IMG/VR virus record: IMGVR_UViG_3300037465_000370 | Coordinates: 1-31,649 of that record | Length of the DNA stretch: 31,649 nt | Reading direction: 5' to 3' (one strand) | Source: a virus | Taxonomy: Duplodnaviria; Caudoviricetes | Part shown: positions 16,084-28,000 of the stretch, one piece after another | Layout of the letters: each line of letters begins with the position of its first letter | How positions within the stretch are numbered: the stretch's first letter is position 1 | Notes under the pieces: generated by a model | Database searches by the model: none | Told to the model about the DNA's origin: nothing | What the model saw: the letters and a program-made list of their open reading frames with translations, nothing else | Translations under genes and position numbers: made by a program

Positions 16084-19000
16084 TCCGACCTCATTATTTC
16101 CTTACGAATCAAGTCCTTTGCATATTTCTTTGCCATTTTCCGCTGACTTTCGGCGCCATCATAACTCATAGTCCCTACGCCATAGAAACCAGGGAGTGTG
16201 ACAAGGGCTCCACGCCACCCCATTTGCCTTGTGGCATCATAGGCATCTTGAAGGTAGAGCGGCACCGCCCTCTGGACGAGAGCGTCCCCCCACTCAAACT
16301 TGTTCCCTAAATAGTCGCTTCCGCGCAACCACTCCACCAACAATCCCGTTTGCGGGTTCAATTTACTTTCACCGAATCGCAGCGCAAGCGAAAGCCGATT
16401 ACCGGACGTTGGAGTTTTGTTGTCCATATTCACTAACTGCCCTTTCCCCGTCTTGCGCTGAGCAGAGATGAACTGAGCGAAGAACCTAATAATCTGCGAG
16501 AACCCACCCCAAGGGTCTATCCGTGTATTACCGACTCTTATCTTGCCAAAGTCAACGCTTCGCGGGTCAAGTTCAACTTCGCCGAGTCCACTGGCAGCCG
16601 CAAGTGTGAGTAACGCAATCCCTGCGCCTACGAACTTCAATATGTCTTTCATTGCAAGAATGCGCAACTCCTTCGGCATCTTCTTGTACATTGATACGTT
16701 GGCAATCACATCGAGCCGCGCCTTGAGCAGCCTTGGAGAAAACAGTACAGCGCTTGCAAGTGGAGCGTACTGAGTCATGCGACCATATGAACCTCGCCCA
16801 GTGGTAACATTTATCCACTTAGCTAAGGCATCATAAGCCTCTGGGTTTGTAACAGGCGAATACCCTGCCTTATCCAGTTCTTCTGCGTACAAGTCAAATA
16901 TGTCGGCGCGAATCTTGTTGGTATAGGTGTACGCAGCGCGTTCCGACATTCTAACGCCGCGCCCGATTATCCACAATCGCTCCGCGATGTGCGATGCGAA
17001 CGATTCTTCCCGTGCAGAAAGCGGTCCGCGTTCATCAGGATTAAGAATGTCAAGCCCGAACTGCCTGTACAACACCCAATTATGCCTTGACTCAATCTCC
17101 GCATCCACCTCCCTAAATGCCTTTTCCGAGAAGAATGCTCTGTGCATTGAGCCAAATGCTTTGGCTGCAATGATCGGGTGTGATGCCGTCTGAATGACTG
17201 CTTGGCGGAAAGGCATACTCATATCGAAAGCTGCCATTACCGCTCGCGGGACATTCAACGCATCAACCAACTCTGCCCTCAGCGTTTCGTCAAAACTTCT
17301 GTTCCGCCTCTCAATGTCAGCAATCTTAGAATCTATGGTCTGCCGCAATCTCTTCACCTCAGCCCGAAGAGATAATGTTTCTCGGTCAGGGATGGGACGG
17401 CGTCGCTTTTTCTTCGTAAAGTCGCCTTGCGATATTTTTTGTTCAAGTGCGGCTATTTGCCGCCTGATCGCTTCCTTGCGATTCATTAACTGCTGCTCCG
17501 GAGTCATCAAAGCTGCTCGTGCTGCGGCTACTTGGCGGCGGAGAAGTTCCTGTCTCTCTTTCAGTTTACCAAGTTCTACCGACCATACAGATTGAATTTT
17601 CTTTTTAGGGGACAGATTGCCGCTCGCAATACGCTTTTCGTAATCGTCAATAGCGCGTTGAGCCGCCTGAATTGCCTGCCTCAACAGCCTTTCATAATCC
17701 TGTTCTCCCCCGTCAATTTGGTCAACCAATTCCTTCAACGAATCGCGCCTCTCCTTGAGCGCCATCGCTTCTTCGTCATACTCGACGCGCCTCCGCTGGG
17801 GGCGGTTAACAACCCCAGTATCAATCATTTTTGTGAGGTCTTCAATTTCGTGCCGGAGCCGCGTCTTGATCGCATCCAAAGCACTCTTCATCTGGTGCTC
17901 CGGGTCAAGGGATATTTTGGGTATTCCGGACCTACGTAGCGCCTCGTTAAGCTCTCTGGTGAGTTCACGCACTCTCTGAGTTGACGCGTCGCGTTGCAAT
18001 CCACTCCTGAGTGGGCGCTGCCCGCTCTTTGCATCCTCTATCGCTGAAATAAGGCGCGCCTGCCGGCGTAACTCACGCAAACGCACATCCGACTCGTCTT
18101 TACTCATCTCAACCGTCTTACCATAGTCTGAGATGATGTCACGAACCTCCCTTTCGGTAATTTTCACGAACGAGGAGATTTCATACTGAACGTCTAATAC
18201 CAGTTTATCAACGTCATCTTCCCCAGCAGCAACCTTCTCTTTTGTTATCGCCTTAATAAGGGCATCGAGATCGTCTCTTGATATGTCGCCCCCACGAGCT
18301 TCTATGATCTTGCGTTTCAAGTCATCGGCAGGTTTGATAGTCTTTTTCTTGCGGGCTCCCTTTGCCTCGGCAAGCTCCTTTTCGAGTTGCTCACGTATAG
18401 CCTCAAGGATCTTTTGGTCTTTTAGTTTCTTTTCCTGCTCTTCGAGTTTCCTATTTGCCTCGGCAAGCTCCTTTTCGAGTTGCTCAAAACGCAACCGTTC
18501 TTGTTCGGTCAACTCTTTACCGTTGTTTAACTGCGTCGCTCGACGCAAGATTTCGACCAGAGAATAATCTTGGCTGATCATCAGCTTACGCGCGGCAAGC
18601 CCAAGTCCTTGCTCGTAACCTGTCCGCCGCGCCGCTTCGTCGTTGGTATTGATCAGTTCTTCCAAGTGTCGCATTTCCGTCCGAAGGTTAGCCCTCTCCT
18701 CGTCAGTCATGTTATCCGACAGCCGGTCAACCAGTCTTTGATGTTCGTTGCGGAGCCTCATTCGGTCGTATATGAGCACGACCGACTCTTCTGCGCTCAG
18801 TGCCCTCGGAGTATCCGAGAGTGTCATAGCGAGTATCCTCGGATCTATTTCTCCCGAATCTACCAATCCCTTGCCCCTTTCAAACGCATCACCAAATGTC
18901 CGGCGCGTTAAGACCTCCACTTCTCTTCGATCTCTCGCCCGCCTTTCTTCCAGTGTCACGGCGTTTTTTATTCCTGTAATAACTGGCGCGTCGTCTTGGA

Positions 19001-22000
19001 GGTGAGCAAGTGGTGGCTCTCCATATTCAGACCGTTTTTCATTCACCACACTGCGAATTTTCTCTGGCGTGTCAACCGCTTCAGGGAAACGAACAAATGT
19101 TGTGGGGACATGGCGACCGCCAGCGGTAACATCTTTATGCTCAAAATACACAACGGGGCGCCCCATCCACGTCCTAACCTTCACATTATACCCGCCCGTA
19201 GCTTCGATGATTGGCTTGAGACGAGCCAGAATGTCGTCGTCGGATTGCTGGTTCGCAAGCGCTCCCACTTCTCTCAGGTCATACGAATCAGCGTTCGCAG
19301 ACTTGTCTAAAATTTGCTCTCTGTTGGGACTGCCGACGCTTGCCTCCCGAATCATCTCGACCGCCTCATCACGCGTCACGAACTTTCCTTCACCAGTCAT
19401 AAATCCCGCTGTGACGCGGTCAAGCATAGCGTCAAGGTAATTCTGCTGCTCGTTCTCTGTCATGCCGTAGTATTCATCCGACAACAGTTGCTCCATTGCA
19501 TCCGGATGGGACTTACCTTCGTAAATCGTTCCATCATCAACCCTGATCGCCGCCGAGCGAAACATTGGTTGCTTGCTATCCGCCATGTGATATGCGCTTA
19601 CTTCCGTGCCATTCACCTTCGCCTTGCTATCGTCAATCTCAAACCGTTTCTTTTTGTCGAACTTGCCGGTGAATTTTTTTGCCGTAGCAAACCCCGTAGC
19701 TGATTTACCCGCATACAGGAATAGCGGTACCTTGGTGTTCGCCGGCGTGGTTGGGTTATCCGCCATTCCCTTAAATGCTCTGCGTACAAATACAGCAAGT
19801 TCGGCATTGCTATACTTTAGATGCGGGAAAAGTTTTCGCAACTGCCCGCGTACCCAGACTAACAATCGGCGATACAGCGGAATGTTCTCGTAAGGGTTCT
19901 CTACAAGTTTTGCGACGTATTCGTTCGCCAGTGATCTTCGCCCATTTGTAGAATCCGGATTGTACCCTGGGGTACTGGAATATCGAGCGTACCACTCTTG
20001 TTTCTTGATTTCCGACTCATAATCCGCCCAAACCTTGTCAAGAAACGTTTCATTGTCAACACCAAACATCTGATCAAAAACATTTGAGGGATTGACAGCG
20101 ATGGCATAGTGTACGAGTTCTTCAATCAGAACCTTTTGCAGTTCATGTGGACTAACCTTTTTATCAGAAAATATGTAAATCTTCCCATTGTAGAATGCTG
20201 CAATAGCTCGGCGACTCATAGCCCTTATAGCTTCAGGCAGTACCGGCGATGAGGATGTGACTATTATTATGTCACCCCGCACCGAAGGACTGAGCTGACT
20301 CATGACTGGCTCAAGCTCTTCTTCTACGGTGGATTTACGCTCAGCTAAACGATATGAAATCGCTTCAGAGCGAGTCAAAAACTGCCCGCTATTATCCGCA
20401 TAGCCATCCTCACCTCTACCGTCAAGATAGTCAAATTGCTCCTGCGGCGACATCTGCTTCAACAAATCAGCATGGATTTCACCGGGGTTCCCAACGAACA
20501 CCTTGCCATTCAACCGCACCGCAACTCTCCTCGGATCAAACGAGGCAAGCGGAGTTCCCTCACTGGCAAGCATTCTTCTCACCTCTGCGTGGTGAGCCTT
20601 CTTCTGTTCGAGTTCAGCTTCCTTACCCCAAGGCTTCCCAACATTAGCCCTCACATCATCTATCTCTCGCCCTGCTTGCTCAAGAGACGCCTCGGCGTAC
20701 CTGAGATTGCTTGGGATAGCAGCAGTAATCAAAGAGACAGCTTTATTGACAACCCTCAACCCTATTTCAGATGACTTATCGGGGTCGTACACCACCGGCG
20801 ATGAATCGTACCGCCGGTCACCGCGCAGTAGATTTACGATCATGGTTCCGCTCCACTGCGGCGAATATGTCAGTGTTACATTGAACCCTCCTATCTCACC
20901 AATAGAAAGTTCAGGCGGGCTTGAATTAAGCCTTCGACCAAAGTCCCTTGCCCTCTCCATAATCGCAGCAGCGGCTTCGCGCAACGAGATATATCTCTTG
21001 CCATCAATTGTCATTGCGAACGGTGTGCGATCACCCCAGTGCTCGTGTACGGCAGCAAATAGCGCTGCTTCTGACGTTATCTTTACCCCGTTCACTTCTA
21101 CAGAGTATTTTGGACGCTTATGCCCACCCTTTTGTTCCCCATCATCCGAATCGTCCTGATTGGTTTCGACGATCCCCTGTTCAGCCTTTTGTCTGCGAAT
21201 TGATTCAAAGGCTAACTCAAGGGCTTCCTTTGCCGAACTCACTGTCTTCCCTTCAACAGTACCTGTTGGCGGGTTATCGCCATAAGGGGTCTCATTGTAG
21301 GCATTTGACAGTTTTACATCATCGCGTATCCGCTCGATAAGCGATGGGAGTTCTCTAATCTGCATCTCATAGCGCTTAAGAGTGTCCTCTAACTCATATT
21401 GATTCTTTGAGTGGGTGCGCTTTAACATCTCAAGCCTTCTGATTTGCTCAGCAAGCTGCACGTCTTCGAGAATCAGGGGGTTGCCAGAGGCGGCAGCCTT
21501 CATCTCTGCCGCCGACGCTGCGGCAGCGGCAACCTCTTCCATCTCGCGTTCTCCTGCGAACGAGCGAATCCCTTCGATACCGCGAAGTTTTTGCTCTTGC
21601 ACTTGCCACATGCGGGCATCATAGGTCAGCTCTGTAGAATATCTCAAGATTTCGACAGCAAAGTTTTCAGGGTCTGCTTCGTAGAGAAGGTTCCCCTGAC
21701 GAATAATTCTCCCTTCGCGCTGTTCAATATCAGATGGCCTCCAAGGGCAATCCAGGTGGTGGAGTGCAACGAGACGTTTTTGGACGTTCATCCCTGCGCC
21801 CATTTTTTCCGTACTGCCTAAGAGAACGCGAATTTTCCCGGCATTCACCTGTTCAAAGAGATCGGCTTTCTTCTCATCGGTATCGTAATCGTGTATGAAC
21901 GCAATTTCCTTCTCCTTGACGCCGCGCCTAATGAGCTTTGCTTTAAGATCATCGTAAACCGAGAATCCGTTCAGCGCTACTTGCGCTGACGCTATTTGAT

Positions 22001-25000
22001 CCGGAGTAATGGCGGCGAGCTTCTCCTGAGCCTCTTCGCTACCAGACTCCGCATCCTGAATCAGTTTTCGGATTCTTGCGCTTTCCTTTGCTGCTGCCCT
22101 CATCGGTACAGAAAGGTCAAGAAATACGAGCTGCGTTCCTTTCTGCTCCTCCCACTTAGTGTAGATGCCCATTATCCTATCGGCGGCCTCATCAACTTTA
22201 CCGCCCTCACGGTCAACGTAATGAGGGTTAATGAGGCGCATATCCAAGGCCGCCTTCCGAGCGTCCATTGTAATAACAAGCATGTTATCTTTGCCGCCAA
22301 AAGTAAGGTTTTGGGCACGGTCAACGATGCTTTCCATGTACTCACTCTGCTCACGGGAGCGCGGCACAACGACGTTCTCAGGTTTCCCGCCCTTTACTTT
22401 CGGTATAGGGAACTTCTTACCATACTGCTCGTTATACATCCGTTTGGCTTCGCTAATCGGGACGCTATCGGCGAATTGCTGATACTGCGCCATCATCTCA
22501 GGGAGGTTTACGATGGCACGGAGTCGCGTAACGGATTTGTACCGTACACCAGTCCCATCAAGCTCATAGTCTGGCAATTCATCGCCAAACATTGCAAACC
22601 ACTGATCAAACGATTTTATATTTATGCGGGTCAGTTCATCCATACCGAGGTACCGCTGGAGGGTGTACAACTCGGTGAGACTATTAGAAATCGGAGTCCC
22701 GGTAGCAAACACAACCCCCTTACCACCGTTTTTCTCTTGCAGCCACCGGGTCTTAATAAACATATCCATCGCCTTTTTAGACCCCTGCGGATTCCCAAGC
22801 CCAAGCATTTGGCGAGATGTTGAGAAAAACAGATTCTTGAAACTATGGGATTCGTCAACAAAGAGATAATCAACACCGAGTTCATCAAACGTCAGGAAAT
22901 CGTCCTTTGGCTTGTCGGTCAATTCTTTTAATTTGGCAAGCATTTTCTCTCTTGACCTCTCCATATCTCTTACGCGCCGCGCCTGCCTGCCCTCCTGTTC
23001 TCGTATAATGTCAATAGATCCCTGAATGCTCCGCACCTGTTCTTCAATAAACCGAATCTCCTGCTCCTTACCGGTGCCAATGAACCCGAAGGATGAGTGC
23101 CCTATGATAACCGCGTCCCACTGATTGGTAGCAATCCTCGCAAGCAAGTGTTTTCTGTTCTGCGCGCTGAAATCCTTTCGGGTCATTGAAAGGATTTTTG
23201 CGCCTGGATAGAGACGCAAAAAATCTGCAGACCACTGCTCAACAAGATGATTTGGGACGACAACCATTGGCTTCCGCGCCAGTCCAAGCCGTTTCAACTC
23301 CATCGCTGCGGCAATCATCGTATATGTTTTCCCGCTCCCGACAACGTGATCCAACAGTGCCTTACCAAGTACTATTATGCGCCATACAGCATTTTCCTGA
23401 TGGTTTCGCATTTTAATATCGTGGGCTTTACCAGGGAATGTCAGATGCCCCCCGTCGAATTTAGGCTTGACGCTTACATTGATGTTGTCGTTGTAGTATT
23501 TGACAAGCCGCTGTCGTCTTTCTCGATCTTTGAAAATCCACTCGTCAAACTCCTGACGAATCAAACTCTGCTTCTGCCTTGCTTCTTCTGTCGCTTCTCT
23601 ATCAATAGCGCCATCGCGATCGCGAATAACGATGTCCTTGCTGTTTAGCGTCAAAGACAGGATTCTCTCGGCTGGCATTGCCTGCGTCCCATATTCGTAC
23701 TTATTGCGCGTATCTGAACCGGCTACAATGTTTACCGAGAATCCGCCTGTTGGCAATAGCTTGATTGATGCTTGCGTCCCCTCACCAAGAATATATGCTG
23801 CAAAACTTTCGTAATCTTTTTCAGAAATCCAGGGTACCCCTAATCTGGCACGAATTTCTCCGGCGGGGACGTCCTTTGGAAATACAGCCAGAAGCGCCTC
23901 TGCGTTCTTTTCAAGCCCCGCTTCCATCGCCTCGTTATACTTCTTCTTCACGTTCCCTGACAGGTAATGTTCCGCATACTCCCAGCCACCGAGAGGGTTC
24001 TTGAAAATCAGCGGCTTTTCGCGTTCGCTGAGGTCTTTAATAATCTCGCTCTCGCTCTTCCGCGTCAACCCCGCCATGTAGTCAATATCTACTCTCCCCT
24101 TCTCGGCGAGTGATATGAACAATGCATCCTGCGCTGAGTCGGCGAACGTTGGTTGAGCGTATGGAGTGAGTACGCGCGTAGAAAAAATCATTGACTTTAC
24201 GGCTGTCGGCTTGCGCTCTGGGGCACCAAGCGCTCTGGCGCGTTGGGCACTAACGCCAGCATCGTACCTTCCCTCAAGGGAAAGAAGAAGCGGAGCGTCT
24301 TGATCATCGGCAAAAACTTGCTGGTTTGAACGTGATGATAAAAACCCAAAACGATTAACAAAATCGTCATATATCGCATTCAACAGTTTGCGCGACTTCT
24401 CTATCTCTTCAGTGGGGGCGTCATCATATTCAAGTTTGAGTTGCTTGCGCACAGCATCTCGTATTCGGATCGCGCCTTTCAGCCGCTCAACCCTAATCTT
24501 CCCCCACAACTGCTTCTCGCTCCAAACCGTGTCGGGCGTTATTTCGATCGTCTGGACAGTACCGTCAGGGGCAGATAATTTTTGATACACCTTCCCGTCA
24601 GTTATGAAATACCCGCCATCTCCTTGAGCCTCTACCGCTTTGTCGCTAAGATTTGTCGTCGAGAAATGAGGGATGATATTTTGCGGGAGTTTCTGGATAG
24701 CTTCGTTCAGAAGTTCTCTAATATCCCTATCTTTGAACGGGACTAACGTTGCTTCGCCAGCACGGTACATCTTCCCAGAACGCTGCATCGTTCCAAGCAT
24801 CATGTCAGGATTGTCGGCGAAATAGGTGTTGATTGGGATAGCCTCGCCTCCAAGCGGGTCTGAGATTGTTGTGGTCGTCGTCCACGACTGGTCGGACTTG
24901 CCCCACTCCTCCTTTGGGAGTTTTTGCAGAATGACAATGTCGGTTGTGACTTCGGTGTTTGCGTTCTCCTGAAACGCCGAGTTGGGGAGTCTGATCGCAC

Positions 25001-28000
25001 CGATGAACTTCGTGCGGTGCGCTATGTATTGCCGCTGCTTCTCGCCAGCCTTATCGAGGAACGATTTTGTGATTACGTTTATGACGATCCCGCCGGGCGC
25101 AACCTTGTCAACCTCTCGCGCTATAATAGCGTTGTGGATCGAGAATCCTTTGAGATGCTTGCTCTGACCGTATGGGAGCGGCTGATCACCGAACGGCGGG
25201 TTCCCGATAGCAAGGTAAAAGTAATCGTCCTCAAATGGCACATCTTGGAACCCCTTGGACCCAATAATGTTGGACTCAGGGTAAAGGTGTTTTGCTATTG
25301 CAGCGGTGATCGGATCGAGTTCGACCCCAGTAAATTTCGTACTTGCAGCGATGTCCTGTGGAACTAACCCGATGAAGTTCCCGATACCAACCGTCGGTTC
25401 GAGAACTAATCCGCCATTAAAGCCGAGCCGTTGAGCAATTGCCCACATCGCTGAAACAACGGCTTCGCTTGTGTAATGCGAGTCTAAAACGGAACGCCGC
25501 GCGGCAGCATATTCTTCGTCGGTTAGCAACTCTTTCAGTTGTGCATGGCGATCTCCCCACCCTTTTGCATGTTTACCATGCGCATCGGGGAACACTGATT
25601 TTATCCCGCCCCATCCAACATACTTGACGAGGATGGCTTGCTCTTCTCGTGTAGGATTACGCGATTCTTTTTCGAGTTGCTTCAGAAGGCGAATCGCAGC
25701 GAGATTATCATTGAACTTCGTAGAAATTCCGCCCTCACCAAGACGGTCAGTCTCGGTTATTCGGTAGTTTTGAAACGCTCCTTCAGTGCTTCGTAGGCTG
25801 GAGTTGTCGGCAGTTCCTCTTCCTGCTCCTCTGGTGGAAACAGATACCTTTCCCTCACTTGTTCCCACGCCTCCTGATACGTCGCCCCCGCTGCTGCGAG
25901 TTCCTGCATCTCGAACAGCGTCTGCTTCGCCGCTCGCTCCAGTTCCTGCTTCAGCCTCCCGCTCTTTATCAGAGACTTGTATTTTTGGGGCTGAAATTCC
26001 CGCCAGTGCCTTTCGGCTTGGTTTTGCCAGTTTTGTAGCATCTTCTTCTACCTCTTTGAACGTAGGTTCGTGGGTTATTTGTTCCTCTTCAATAAGCTCA
26101 GTGGTTCTTTGCCCAAACGAAAAGGCGCGAACTTCCTTCAGTTCACTCAGCTTGTCAGCAACACTCCCCGGCGCTGTCGCTGCATAGCTCGCATACGCAG
26201 CCTTCAACGCTTCGAGAAGTTGTTTTGCCTTCTCACCAAAACGTTTGTACGCGTCCTCCGCGATATCCGCGAACTTGTAAACTCCGAGTTCGGTGTACTT
26301 GGCAACAAGTTTCACACCGATGGCAAGTTGCTCAGGCGAAAGCCCAAACTGCAACTGACCGAGAGATTTATTGAAATCTGCCCAAAGATTATCAATCTCC
26401 GCTGATGTAACCGCCGCTTTTTCTTTAAGCGACTTTCCACCGGCAGGTGGCGCGGGAGGCGGCAGTTTTGGCAACTGAGATGATTCTGCTTGTGCCTCCC
26501 TTTGCGTCTCAGCCCACGCACGAATGGCAGCCCTACTCCCTCCCTCCGTTTTTGGGAGTTTTACACCTGTTTCGTCCGTGAACAGCCGGCGCAGATTCTT
26601 GTTTCCAGTGTGCAGAAGCCCCACAAGATCGGCGGCGTTACCAGCCTTTGCTTTATCCATTGCTTTACGGTAGGCGATTACGCTCCCAACAGCAATCCCA
26701 CCGTATTTCCGAGACGTTGCAGAAGCGTCGGCAAGTGGGGTGGAAGGCGTTGCCTTCGCATCATCGCTCACTTCAGTCGTGGCCGACTCTGCGGCATCAT
26801 CGCTCTTCGTGGTGATAAGCGGGGATTTTACCTTTTCAGCAGGTCTTTCGCTCTCCTGCTCCGCTCCGCCCTGCCCTTCCCTTTGCTGATCCAAATCCTC
26901 GCTGCGGACATTTTTGCTTCCCCGATTGGTTTCCCCTCTCTTAGGAGTCTTTGCTTTATCGCCTGATACTGCTTCGGCATTTTTCTCTTTTCTTTCCTTG
27001 CTTGCTCCGGTTTTGGACTTCCAATCAGCAACGGCGTCATCGAACAAATCGCTGAATTTCTTGTTCCAATTTCGCTCGTAGGTTATCGGATTTGTTAAGT
27101 CAATGCGTTCTTGTACAAATTGTACAAAGTCCTGCTCTTCTTCTTTGTCATCAAATCGAATGTCACGCCGCCTTGCTTCGGCAAGAATCTGATCGGACTC
27201 TTTGACAAACACATTAAAACGCGCTTTGTTGAAAGCATCCCCGACGGATTTAATCTGCGCTTTTATACGCTTCTGTTCAGACTTGAGTAGCCTTAACTCG
27301 CCCCCACGTTTACCTTTTGCCTCTTCCTTGAGTAGTGCTAACTGTTCTTCAAGTGGGCGCAAATGTGCCGACACTGCTTCATTCCACTTGTCGGCGAACT
27401 CCCAAGCGACAACATGGAACGGGCGCTCATCGTTAACATCTCGTGACGGGATAGAAATCTGTGGTGATTCCATTCCCACTTCAGGCTGCGGAGTCTTTGC
27501 ATCAGACTGTAGAGCCCCCTCCCCCGGCTGTGCAGCTTCCCCTTCAGGCTGCGCGTTAACATCCAAAGGCGGTGGGGTCTGTAGAGCCTCTTCCACCCCT
27601 TTAGGCTGTGACTGCTGCGCGCTCTTGTATTGTGGCTGTTGCCGTCGGAGCAAATCGCTAAAGCGCGCAACAGTCCCAACTGCGCCTGGGAACGCTACAA
27701 CGGCTGCCGTCTCCGCTATCTGCTCTGGGGTCATGTAACCGCTGTCCTCTGTAAATGGGACAAGCGGCTTCCAACTCCGCTTGTCGGCTGCCGCTGACAG
27801 CGGGGCGTTTGCCATTTCTTCAAATACTTCACCAGCGATTTGATTGTAACCGATCTTCTTCTTTATCTCGTCATAGGCTTTTGCCATACTGCCTATCGCG
27901 CGCTTTTCCATCCACGACCCAAGCATTACCCGCTTGATAAGGCGCATAGGCTCCTCGGCAAGCACACCCCATGATTCGGTTACATATTCGGACGCGTTCA

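Noticed and set aside
21996-22823. 275-aa plus-strand ORF
   Set aside because: Antisense to the conserved helicase core; no recognisable motifs.
27338-27679. 113-aa same-strand alternative-frame ORF in the giant gene as a third nested gene
   Set aside because: No clear RBS and the composition looks like an off-frame translation, unlike the two accepted nested ORFs.
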